Virus record (IMG/VR): IMGVR_UViG_3300046170_000427 | Location: 1-57,402 of that record | Strand: one strand, 5' to 3' | Source: a virus | Lineage: Duplodnaviria; Caudoviricetes | DNA length: 57,402 bases | Part shown: in pieces, positions 32,307 to 42,600 of the stretch | Numbering within the stretch: position 1 is the stretch's first letter | How the letters are laid out: every line of letters begins with the position of its first letter | Translations under genes and position numbers: made by a program | Notes under the pieces: model-generated | What the model saw: only the letters and a program-made list of their open reading frames with translations | What the model was told of the DNA's origin: nothing | Database searches by the model: none

Positions 32307-35267
32307 ATGACTTCTCCAGTACTTCAGTTTAAGAGAGGTGCGTTTGCTAATCTACCTGGACTTAGGGTAGGTGAACCTGGCTTTACCACTGACAAATACG
32401 ATTTATACATCGGTTTATCGTCAGAAACCGCCACAAACCAGTTTTATGGTTCAGGTAGGTATTGGGGTAGAGAGGATGGCACCAATCCTTTAGAGTTCAA
32501 ACTTGTTGACAAGGACGGCTCTAACAGTATTAATTTAAGAGCTCCTGCAACTCTTAGTGGTATAACCACTTACACGTTTCCCGAAACTCCCCAAGCAGGA
32601 AAACTTTTAATCACGGATGCATCAGGAAATCTTTCTTGGGGCGCTGAATTTTCATCCGATTTAAATATCACCGGTATTGTAACTGCAACCGGTGGATTTA
32701 ATATCGGAATTAATTCATCGGGAAATGTAATCACCACAGGCCCTATTCAGAATCTGAATTTTATTGGTGCTGGTAATACATTTGCATATAATGCAGACAC
32801 TGATACTGTAGATATTACCATTGCTGGCGAAGGTTCAGCAATGACATTAGGATCTCCAACTGATGGAAGTTACACATCCCCCGCTGCTTTAAATACATTT
32901 ACAAGTTCAACTAAAATCAGTGATAGTATTGATGATTTAAATGAACTTGCCCTCAACATAATGAGGAACACCGCAGTTTCTGGACTTGCATTTACTGCAA
33001 ATTCAACTGCTGGTGGCGCACCATTTGCTATCACATTAAGTACTGGATTTGATGGTAATGCAAACAGTTTTGATATTGATTGGGGAGACGGATCAGCATT
33101 AGAAACAACAAGTGATTCTACTCCATCTCATACTTATACCAATACTGATGGTGGATTATTCAGTATTGAAATGGTTGCCAAGAATACTGGTGGTGCTGGA
33201 GCAGGACATTCTTTCTCTGCCGCAAGATCAAATTATATTACTGTTTATACTCCCGATCCCTCAGTATCTTTTGCTCTTTATAGAGCATCTTCTGGTGGTA
33301 GCGCACTTAGTGGAAGCGATTTATATGTTGTAGAAGGACAATCACTTTACTTAGATAATAACACCACGAACGCAACTCAAGTTGGTTCTGGTGCAACTTA
33401 CACAGTCGATTGGGGTGATAGTTCCGCTAATAGTTTCATCTCTAGTAACACTGTTGGTGGTGGTGCTAGTACAACTGCAGATAGATTACAGCATACCTGG
33501 GCAGATGGCACACTGAGTGGTACTGGTAGAGATACACTCACCCTCACTATAAACAAGCACGATTTAGCAAATCCAGGCGTCATCCCAACTTCATCAACAG
33601 TAAGTTTAAAAGTTTATGATGATTCGCCCGCAACTCCTGATACTCTTAGTTCTAAGACTTTAAGTAATGTAAGTAGCACTGGAACTAGCCCCAAAGCAGC
33701 TCACGGTTTTACTGAAAATACATCTGGAGCAGCAGGAATAAGCACTGGAGACACAGTAAATCGTGTTACTACGGGCACTGCAACAGCAGGCCCAATCGCA
33801 TCATTTGCTTATAACGCCGATTCTGGTACATTAACAGCAATGGTAAATGGATCTGCCGATGGGCAGAGAGTATTGACAGGTGGTGACGATAGTGCATCTT
33901 ATACAAGTCTTACAATTGACTCAGAAAGTGATTATAATCTCTTAACTTCTGGCGGAACATCAACAACATTTGCGAATTCTACCTTCTATCCTAATTTATA
34001 TAAAGGATTTAAGGCAAGAGTTGCAAAAGCAGTTAGTGGACTCTCAGTTGGAACAAATAGTATGCAACTTCAGCATAGCACTGGAGGAAATACTAATACG
34101 GTTGGATTTATGAGAGATGATTTAACATCCTCTCCATCAGTAGATGTTTCGAGTGCTACTGTCACTCAAAATAATGCAGGAACATTTAGATATGTTTCTG
34201 GTATTCCTTATTATAATTCAGGATCACCAACACTAACCGTTGCTGGTATTGAAATTGATCACCTTGTCGGACAATGCTATACAGATCAAAACGATATTGT
34301 TGAAGTTGATGATGGATCTAACCAAGAGGGAACATCTTCAAATGCTATAACCAATTCTGGATATACCTACGCACAAATCGATGGTGCCTCAACAATGCTT
34401 GAGGGAGGTATTCCAAAGGTAAATACAGGAACTGCTTCTTCTTATGCGATTGGAAGTTTAACAGTTCCAATTACATCATCATCTGTTAGAACAATAAGTA
34501 GAGTAAAGGTTCGTGCAAAGAATGTAAATGGAACTAGTTCCTATAGTTCTTCAATCGCAACTAATATTCAAGTTCATACTGCTTCTCAAAGTGGAATTAA
34601 TGAAACTGCTATTGCTGTTTCTGATTCACTTGGAAACGGTGATTTAACTAATGATGGTGTTAGAATCTTTGATTTTAGCGCACAGACAACTAACACTCCA
34701 GATTACTCTGGGTTTGGAGTCTCCAACTTCTATACAAACAGTCTTTATTCTGAAGGATCTGATCCAGGAGTTTCTGGAACCAAAGAAGCAACAGTTAGAC
34801 TTGGTGTTATCAAGCACGATACCACTAATTACGCTAGTGGTTATCTTCCTGCTGGCCCAAATAGAAGTGGTGATACAGGAACTCAATACTTTACATTTGC
34901 ATTCCAACGAAAGGCGGTTGCTAACTTTGAATTAAGCATCACCAGTTCTGGTGGTATTTCTGGCGGAGTATTCATTGCCGCACCTGGAACTAATATTGAT
35001 AGTGCATCTGGACTTAACGGTTGGTTGAGAGCAGATCAAACTTACGCTGGTTCTGGTACACCTGGTAGTAATACTGGAAGCGGCGGTAATGGTAGTGATG
35101 GTTGTGCATTCACATCTGGTGATCGAATACAAACTGGAACTGCTCTAAGTAGTAGTTACACGCTAACTTTAGGTGATCAGAACATGACTGACGCCGATGG
35201 TAATGTCGTCCTCGTAAGAATCGGACTTGCATCTGGCGAGTCTGTAACTGCACTCAGCGTATCTTAA
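32307..35267 (+). CDS. virion structural/fibre protein with Mtd-N-like N-terminus and PKD-like domains, 986 aa
   Basis: LQFKRG...LRVGEPGFTTD...LYIG N-terminal motif. FDIDWGDGS...PSHTY and YTVDWGDSS PKD-like motifs. S/T/G-rich. Confidence 0.8.
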   Translation: MTSPVLQFKRGAFANLPGLRVGEPGFTTDKYDLYIGLSSETATNQFYGSGRYWGREDGTNPLEFKLVDKDGSNSINLRAPATLSGITTYTFPETPQAGKLLITDASGNLSWGAEFSSDLNITGIVTATGGFNIGINSSGNVITTGPIQNLNFIGAGNTFAYNADTDTVDITIAGEGSAMTLGSPTDGSYTSPAALNTFTSSTKISDSIDDLNELALNIMRNTAVSGLAFTANSTAGGAPFAITLSTGFDGNANSFDIDWGDGSALETTSDSTPSHTYTNTDGGLFSIEMVAKNTGGAGAGHSFSAARSNYITVYTPDPSVSFALYRASSGGSALSGSDLYVVEGQSLYLDNNTTNATQVGSGATYTVDWGDSSANSFISSNTVGGGASTTADRLQHTWADGTLSGTGRDTLTLTINKHDLANPGVIPTSSTVSLKVYDDSPATPDTLSSKTLSNVSSTGTSPKAAHGFTENTSGAAGISTGDTVNRVTTGTATAGPIASFAYNADSGTLTAMVNGSADGQRVLTGGDDSASYTSLTIDSESDYNLLTSGGTSTTFANSTFYPNLYKGFKARVAKAVSGLSVGTNSMQLQHSTGGNTNTVGFMRDDLTSSPSVDVSSATVTQNNAGTFRYVSGIPYYNSGSPTLTVAGIEIDHLVGQCYTDQNDIVEVDDGSNQEGTSSNAITNSGYTYAQIDGASTMLEGGIPKVNTGTASSYAIGSLTVPITSSSVRTISRVKVRAKNVNGTSSYSSSIATNIQVHTASQSGINETAIAVSDSLGNGDLTNDGVRIFDFSAQTTNTPDYSGFGVSNFYTNSLYSEGSDPGVSGTKEATVRLGVIKHDTTNYASGYLPAGPNRSGDTGTQYFTFAFQRKAVANFELSITSSGGISGGVFIAAPGTNIDSASGLNGWLRADQTYAGSGTPGSNTGSGGNGSDGCAFTSGDRIQTGTALSSSYTLTLGDQNMTDADGNVVLVRIGLASGESVTALSVS

Positions 35268-35282
35268 GGGGAGGATAAACAA

Positions 35283-36648
35283 ATGGCAATTTCAGATACC
35301 CAAAAAGTTGATTTTCTCTGGAAGAAAATCGCGTTTGCTAAAGCAAAAACAGACACAAACGCAAATAAAAAAGGCCCTAACGAAGCAAATCCAAGTCCTC
35401 TCCTCATTAGGGGTGATAGGATTTGGAGAGAATCTTCTTCAATTAATGCAACTATTCCTGCAGTTTCCAATGAATATGTTGGTGTTACCACTACAGGAGC
35501 TCCAGTTGAGTTAACTGCTGATGGATCATCAACGACTAATAGAACCTGGAAAACAAATTTAACTGACTGGATTCCGCCAGAACTTGGTTCAACATATCAA
35601 GTTAAAGTTTATATTCATACTTCAAGTAATGCTAGCACTGCCGTTTCAGGCGGTACTCAAGTATTTGAAACTGGTTCTGGAAATGATGATGAATGGTATT
35701 TTGATTATTCAGCAGGTATCCTTCACTTTATTGGATCAAATTTACCCAACGGAGTAAACTTCAGTGGTAAAAGTGTTTATCTAACTGGTGCAAGATATAT
35801 CGGACAGTTTGGTGTAACTGGTAGTGGTGGCGGTGGTAGTAATTTTGCAGGTATATCAACATTCACAGATACCACTGATAATACATTAGGTGATGAAGAT
35901 ACCGGTGCCCTCCAGGTAGATGGTGGTGTAGGTATCGCTAAAAATCTTACAGTTAAGCAAAATCTTCACGTTGGTGGATACTCTGAGTTTGTAGGAGTTG
36001 TCACTTTCAAAGGTGGAACTGTAAATCTTGGTGATGGAACCACTGACAATATTAACGTTGGTGGCGAGTTCACTTCTAATCTTGTTCCAAATTCTCATAA
36101 TGCATTTAATCTTGGCATTTCAACACAGAGATGGAGAGATGGTTTATTCTCTAATGATGTAGTTGCTGCTGCAGTAAAAACTGGTATCATCAGCGCAACA
36201 GATGGAACTTCTGCTATCACAGTTTCTGATGAAACTGGAAACGTAGGAATTTCTAGTGATCTAACAGTTAACGGAAACCTGTTTATTTCGGGTTCTCAAA
36301 CTCAGGTAAATACTAATACATTAACTGTTGAAGATTCTCTAATTGAAGTAGGACTTGTAGATGGTTCTGCTCCTGGTTCAGATCTTAATATTGATCTTGG
36401 ACTTATTTTAAATTATTACACAGGTTCTGCTAAGAAAGCAGCGATTTACTGGGACGATTCTACATCAAGAATTACTGTTGGTTCTGATGTAAGTGAAACA
36501 AGCAGTGTAATTACTGCAACTACATACGCTCCTTTAGAAATTGGACAACTTTGGGTAAATGATTGTGCTGGACAATCTCAAGTGATTTCTTGTACAGGAT
36601 CTGAAAGGTTCCTTGAAAACATTACTATTGACGGTGGCTTCCTTTTAA
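35283..36648 (+). CDS. virion structural/fibre protein (~454 aa, true end IDGGSF*)
   Basis: GGAGG upstream, fibre motifs GALQVDGGVGIAKNL and GDLTVNG-like strands. Removing one T at 36639-36640 yields GGC TCC TTT TAA, matching the DGGSF* end of ORF 31979. Confidence 0.75.
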
Positions 36649-36836
36649 TGAATGAAGAAGATTACAAAAGTTTGATTGCAACTTATCAAAGAAAATCTAT
36701 GGATTTATTTGCACAATTAGTTGTTGCTGAAACGAAAGTTGAAGTGCTGAATACGCAATTGAGAGATGCAAAATCGCGTATTCAACAACTTGAAGAGGAA
36801 ATAAAAAGTAAACTAGAGAACAAAGATTACGCATAA
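36648..36836 (+). CDS. small coiled-coil protein, 62 aa (fused to the upstream ORF in the track by an apparent indel)
   Basis: TAATG overlap at 36646-36650. MNEEDYKSLIATYQRKS...LRDAKSRIQQLEEEIK heptad pattern, unlike the upstream beta-rich sequence. Confidence 0.7.
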   Translation: MNEEDYKSLIATYQRKSMDLFAQLVVAETKVEVLNTQLRDAKSRIQQLEEEIKSKLENKDYA

Positions 36837-36881
36837 ATATACTTAATGCCTGTTATATAACAGGATTTTTAGGTACATACC
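36833..36881 (+). promoter_or_regulatory. late promoter ATAAATA followed by palindromic leader
   Basis: ATAAATA 36833-36839, perfect 16-bp palindrome CCTGTTATATAACAGG 36849-36864 followed by ATTTTT, and near-palindrome GGTACATACC 36872-36881. Confidence 0.7.
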
Positions 36882-36896
36882 ATATGCGAGGGATGA

Positions 36897-38477
36897 ATGG
36901 CTGATCCTAGGATTAGGATAAAACGTTCAGCTGTTCCTGGAAAAAAACCAACGGTTGAACAACTCCCGTTGGGGGAACTTGGACTTAATACTTACGATGC
37001 CGAACTATTTGTCCGAAGGGAAAGGGCAGGTTTAGGCACGGATGTTGTCCCCATTGGAACTGGGGTAACCGTTACGAACATCTTGTATGTAACGGCAGAT
37101 GGTAATGATAATAATTCTGGAAAAAAATTAGGTGACGCAAAGGCATCAATTGCTGGTGCAGTCGCCATATCAACAACAGGAACTGTAATTAAAGTTGCTG
37201 CTGGAGATTATACCGAGACAAATCCTATTAAGTTACCACCTCAAATAAGTATTGTAGGTGATAGTTTGAGAGAAGTAACTGTAAGGCCAAGCAATGCAGG
37301 AGAGGATTTATTTCATGTTGCTCCAGCGGATTACATTTCTGACTTATCATTTAATGGAACTTTAAATGCAGGAAAAGCATGTTTTGCTTTTGATCCTGAT
37401 ACGGTAAGAACTTCTACTACATCACCATATATCAGAAATTGCACCAATTTCATTTCAAATAGTATTGGAATGAAAATTGATGGAGACGCCGTTGATGGCG
37501 ACTTCAATAGTATGGTGACGGACTCCTTTACCCAATACAATCAGGGTGGTATAGGAGTATCAATAACGAATGATGGATACGCTCAAATAGTTTCACTATT
37601 TACGATTTGTACTGATGTCGGAGTATTTTGTGCAACTGGTGGACAGTGTGATATTACAAATTCAAACTCATCATTTGGAAATTTTGGTTTAGTTTCTGAT
37701 GGCGTAAGTACAAATTACACTGCTGGAATTACTACTGCGTCTGCAACTGCAGGATCTACTAGTTTTGAGATTGCTGGAGTTGGAACTGCACGTCCTTATG
37801 ATGGACAGGCAGTTTATTTTGATGAATTATATTATGAACTTAAATCAGTAACAATAACAAATCAGGGATCTGGTTATACTGAACCTCCTACGATTACTAT
37901 TGCTTCGGCAGGTGAATCATGGGGAGTTGATGCATCAGTAAGAGGAGAAATAATCGGTGGTAGACTTACAACTGTAGACATAATTTCAAACGGAAGAGGA
38001 TACACTACAACTTCTCCATCAGTATCAGTTTCTGCACCAGATTCAGGAACTACAGCAGCTGTTACCATTGAGATGGTTGCAAAATATTATGAGATTAAAT
38101 CAGCAACTCTTCCTAACGCAGGAATATCCACAATAACACTAAAAGAACAACTTCCATTCGCTGTTGGAGTAGGAGTATCTGTTCCAATATTCCGACAGAG
38201 TAGAATTCTTGCATCATCACATGCATTTGAATATATTGGTTCTGGAACTGATATTTCTACAGCACTTCCTCAAACAGGTGGAGTGACTATCACTGAGAAT
38301 GAAGTTGATATGCGTGCTGGTGGATCAGTTGTTTACACAAGCACTGATCAAGCAGGAAACTTTAGGATAGGAGATGGTGTTACTATCAATCAATCAGAAG
38401 GCACTATCACGGGAAATGCTTATCAAAAGAGCGTTCTTAATAATGTAACACCACTCATTTTAGCATTAGGAGGATAA
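36897..38477 (+). CDS. tailspike-like protein: Mtd-N-like N-terminus plus pectin-lyase-like beta-helix, 526 aa
   Basis: IRIKRSAVPGKKPT...LGELGLNTYD, then ILYVTADGNDNNSG...ASIAGAV...IKVAAGDYTE...IVGDSLR beta-helix entry motifs. Confidence 0.78.
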   Translation: MADPRIRIKRSAVPGKKPTVEQLPLGELGLNTYDAELFVRRERAGLGTDVVPIGTGVTVTNILYVTADGNDNNSGKKLGDAKASIAGAVAISTTGTVIKVAAGDYTETNPIKLPPQISIVGDSLREVTVRPSNAGEDLFHVAPADYISDLSFNGTLNAGKACFAFDPDTVRTSTTSPYIRNCTNFISNSIGMKIDGDAVDGDFNSMVTDSFTQYNQGGIGVSITNDGYAQIVSLFTICTDVGVFCATGGQCDITNSNSSFGNFGLVSDGVSTNYTAGITTASATAGSTSFEIAGVGTARPYDGQAVYFDELYYELKSVTITNQGSGYTEPPTITIASAGESWGVDASVRGEIIGGRLTTVDIISNGRGYTTTSPSVSVSAPDSGTTAAVTIEMVAKYYEIKSATLPNAGISTITLKEQLPFAVGVGVSVPIFRQSRILASSHAFEYIGSGTDISTALPQTGGVTITENEVDMRAGGSVVYTSTDQAGNFRIGDGVTINQSEGTITGNAYQKSVLNNVTPLILALGG

Positions 38478-38481
38478 TAAA

Positions 38482-38814
38482 GTGGCATTACCGTTAAACG
38501 TATTTAAAACAGTAACTAACGTTGTATCAACATCAAACGTTGGTATTTACACAGCACCTGTAGGTTATGCTGGTGTTGTAATTTTGGCACAGTGTGCTAA
38601 TACTAGTTCTGATACAACGCACTCAGTTACTTTTACTCACCGTAGATCTGGAACTGATACCGAGATTGTAAAAGATTTTCCAGTTCCTCCTAAAGATACT
38701 GTAAGTTTCTTGGATGGAAGACTTGGATTAGAAAGTGGAGATATTCTTGTTATTTCGGGCGGCAGTGCTACTGATCTTAAGTTCACTGGCAGTATCTTAG
38801 AAACCCTGAAGTGA
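38482..38814 (+). CDS. small virion structural protein, 110 aa
   Basis: AGGAGG 38468-38473 and GTG start. IYTAP...LESGD...GSILE pattern typical of fibre-cluster small proteins. Confidence 0.75.
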   Translation: MALPLNVFKTVTNVVSTSNVGIYTAPVGYAGVVILAQCANTSSDTTHSVTFTHRRSGTDTEIVKDFPVPPKDTVSFLDGRLGLESGDILVISGGSATDLKFTGSILETLK

Positions 38815-38825
38815 TGGTGTAGATA

Positions 38826-39617
38826 ATGGCAAAACTTCTCAGCGGAACACTACCACAAATAAAAGTAGGAATATCCTCTTTTAGCGAATCAAAGGTTTCG
38901 CTATCAGTTGTTGGTATTGCTTCTTTGCAAGCAATTTCCATTGGAGGATCAACAGGAAGTAGTGGACAATATCTTCAATCAACAGGTATTGGACTCACAT
39001 GGGCATCAGCTTCTTCATTAAGAAGTGATAACACTTACACTGCTACTGCTGGACAAACAACAATTTCTCAAGCATACACTGCTGGATTGATTGATGTATT
39101 TGTCAATGGTGTAAGAATGCACTCTTCGGAATATGTTGCTTCAAATGGAACATCAATTGTCCTTAACGAAGCACTGTTCGGCGGAGAATCTATTGATGTA
39201 ATTTCATATTCATCATCTGGATCCGTTAGTAGTGTTCCAGAAAGTGATACTTTAGACTCAGTAACCACTAGAGGTGGCAATACTACGAATGATATTAACG
39301 TAGGTATTTCATCTGCAAAAGATGGAGTTAATGCAGATGTTATTAGAAGATATACTGATAACGGTACAAGTACAAAAATAACCCTTGAGTCTGGAAGACT
39401 TAAATTTTTTGCAGGAAATGGTGTTTCACCAAAAATAAATGTTAATGGTGGAGTTGGTATCAGCACAAATTTAAATGTGGTTGGTATCTCCACTTTTAAT
39501 CAAGATGTTAATGTTGGATCTGATCAATCAACAGGAATTGTTTTGACATCACCAAATGGAACTAAGTACAGATTAATCGTAGATAATTCGGGCAATTTAT
39601 CAACAACAGCAGTGTAG
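38826..39617 (+). CDS. short tail fibre-like protein, 263 aa
   Basis: GSSGQYLQSTG, TATAGQTT...DVFVNGV domain, DTLDSVTTRG, and C-terminal GIVLTSPNGTKYRLIVDNSGNLSTTAV. Confidence 0.78.
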   Translation: MAKLLSGTLPQIKVGISSFSESKVSLSVVGIASLQAISIGGSTGSSGQYLQSTGIGLTWASASSLRSDNTYTATAGQTTISQAYTAGLIDVFVNGVRMHSSEYVASNGTSIVLNEALFGGESIDVISYSSSGSVSSVPESDTLDSVTTRGGNTTNDINVGISSAKDGVNADVIRRYTDNGTSTKITLESGRLKFFAGNGVSPKINVNGGVGISTNLNVVGISTFNQDVNVGSDQSTGIVLTSPNGTKYRLIVDNSGNLSTTAV

Positions 39618-39622
39618 TATTT

Positions 39623-39679
39623 CTAAATATTAATATACAATCCTAGTAGTAACGAAAATGGATTGTAGAACGTTCTACA
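39623..39679 (+). promoter_or_regulatory. late promoter CTAAATA followed by leader with two overlapping stems
   Basis: CTAAATA 39623-39629. TACAATCC (39636-39643) is complementary to GGATTGTA (39660-39667). Perfect palindrome TGTAGAACGTTCTACA 39664-39679. Confidence 0.7.
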
Positions 39680-39695
39680 CGAAAAAAAGCAAAAA

Positions 39696-42600
39696 ATGGC
39701 ATTTAATAGAGAACTTTCGCAATTTGCGAGTTATCTTGCCTTAGATGCTTCTGCTAACTATATTGGCATTACAACTGCCGTTTCGGCTAACGTAGGTATT
39801 GGTTCCGTTACACCAAGACAAAAGTTAGACGTTACAGGCAATGCTATTGTTTCTGGCATAACAACCTCCTCTGGAGGATTTGTTGGCGATTTAACAGGAA
39901 CAGCGACTAACGCAGAAGGATTAACAGGCACTCCAAGTGTGACTGTAAATACAGTCACGGCATCACATATAAACAGTTCAGGTATTATATCTGCTACCAA
40001 CTTTGTTGCTACGCAGGGTACAATGAATATTACCGGTAATGTTACCGGTACAGCAACTACAGCCACTAATGCTGAAGGACTGACTGGAACTCCTAGTATT
40101 ACTGTTGAAGATATTAGTGGAACTGGCAATATTAATATTGCCGGAATTGTTACTGCAAATGCATTTGTCGGAGACGGTTCTGGACTGACTGGTGTTGCAT
40201 CTACTGATAATATTCAGACTGCAACTCCTGCTAATTTCTTAAGCACTGTCAGAATTACTGGCATCACAACAGTTGGAGTTGTAACGGGTGGTACATCCGT
40301 TTCTGCAACGAACATCTATGGAATTCATAATGGTAACGTAATTGGTGACGTTACTGGTAATTCTTCTTCTGCAACTGCTCTGGCGAATGCTAGAACAATT
40401 GGCGGAGTATCCTTCGATGGTACAGGAAACATCAACCTTCCTGGTGTAAACGAAGCAGGTACTCAGGATACTTCAGGTAATGCTGCTACAGCAACTGCTC
40501 TGGCGAATGCTAGAACAATTGGTGGTGTAAGTTTTGACGGTACATCTAACATCAACCTTCCTGGTGTAAACCAAGCAGGTAATCAGAATACATCTGGCAA
40601 TGCTGCTACAGCAACTGCTCTCGCAAACGCTAGAACACTTGGTGGTGTTTCCTTCGATGGTACTGGAGACATTAACTTACCTGGTGTAAACGCAACAGGT
40701 AATCAAGATACTTCTGGTAACGCTGCTACCGCAACTGCATTAGCAACGGGACGTAATTTCACTGTATCTGGTGATGCGACAACCGATTCTGCACAATCAT
40801 TTGATGGTACAGGTAATGTCGCTCTCCCAATAACACTGGCTAATAGCGGTGTTTCCGCAGCAACTTATGGTTCTTCGTCCGCAGTTCCAATCCTTACTGT
40901 TGACGCAAAGGGACGCATTACATCTGCAACTACAGCCGCTGTAGGAAGTGGATTAACCGTAACTGGTGATAGTGGATCTGAGGACATTAATCTTCTTTCT
41001 GAAGGTTTAGCGATTACAGGTGGAACAAACCTTACTTCCGCTGCCGCAAGCAATGGAGTCGCAGTTTCACTGAATCCAGAGATTGCTCTTACTAGTGTAA
41101 GTGCAACTGGTGTTGTAACAGCAACTTCATTCCACACTGGCGCTGCTGGAGCGGCAATTCAAGTCAACTCTGCAACGATTACCGGCCCTTCATCAATTAC
41201 AATTGATCCTTCCGCTATTGGTGATAACACTGGTACGGTTCACATCTTAGGTGATCTTCAAGTAGAAGGAACTACAACAACTATTGACAGTACAACTGTT
41301 AATATTGCTGATAAGAATATCCAGATTGCAACTGGTGCTGCTAATGATGCTGCTGCTGATGGTGGTGGTATTACGGTTGACTCCGGTGATGGCGATAAGA
41401 CATTCCAGTTTGAAGCAACTGGAGACAACTTCGGTTCTTCCGAAAACATGAACCTTGCCAATGGCAAAGTTTATAAGGTTAATAATGCTGAAATTCTGAG
41501 TGCAACTACTCTGGGATCTAGTGTTGTCAACTCCTCATTGACATCTGTTGGAACTCTTGATTCACTTAACGTTGCTGGCGCACTGACTGGTTCCCATGTC
41601 AATGCTTCTGGAATCGTTACTGCTTCTTCATTCAGTGGTTCTGGTTCAGGACTGTCTGCGGGAACAACTCCTCTGACAACTCTGGATATTGATGGTGGTA
41701 CTGATATTGGAGCAGATCTTGTTGATGCTGATCTGATTGTTGTTGACGACGGTGCTGGTGGAACTAACCGCAAGGCAGCAATGTCTCGCGTTAAGGAATA
41801 TGTTCTCGGTGGTGGTTCTGGAGGTAACTTCGAGCAACTCAAAGTAACTGGTATTTCCACTCTTGGACAAGCAACAGCAACTGGACTCGTAGTTTCTGGT
41901 GTTACAACCGCAACTGGTGGTGTTGTCGGTGATGTAACCGGCGATTTAACTGGTAATGCTTCAACAGCAACCACATTAGAAACTGCCAGAACAATCGGTG
42001 GAGTTTCCTTCGATGGTTCAGGTAACATCAACCTTCCTGGTGTAAACCAAGCTGGTAACCAAGATACTTCCGGAAATGCTGCTACAGCAACTGCATTAGC
42101 AACAGGACGCAATTTTACAGTTTCTGGAGATGCTACAACTGATTCTGCACAATCATTTGATGGTTCAGGAAATGTAGCGTTACCAATCACTCTTGCTAAC
42201 AGTGGTGTTTCTGCAGCGACTTATGGTTCTTCATCTGCAGTTCCCGTAATTACAGTTGATGCCAAAGGACGTATTACTTCCGCAACAACTACTGCCGTTG
42301 GTAGTGGATTAACTGTCGCTGGTGATAGTGGTTCTGAAGATATCAATCTTCTGTCTGAAACCTTAACAATCTCTGGCGGTACTAACCTCACATCAGCAGC
42401 TGCTGGTAATGCTGTTACTGTTAATCTGAATCCTGAGATTGCTCTGACAAGCGCCTCTGCTTCTGGTGTTATCACGGCATCTGGTGGGTTTGTTGGTGCT
42501 CTTACTGGTAATGTTACTGGTGACGTATCAGGTGACGCTGGTGGTAATGCCGCTACAGCAACTGCTCTTGAGTCTGCTAGAACTATCGGCGGAGTTTCCT

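Noticed and set aside
35283-36836. 517-aa fusion of a fibre protein with a coiled-coil tail
   Set aside because: Removing one T at 36639-36640 restores DGGSF* with a TAATG overlap, as in the neighbouring gene architecture, so the fusion is probably artefactual.
39636-39690. Hammerhead-type ribozyme suggested by CGAAA motifs next to stems
   Set aside because: There is no CUGANGA core and no three-stem arrangement.
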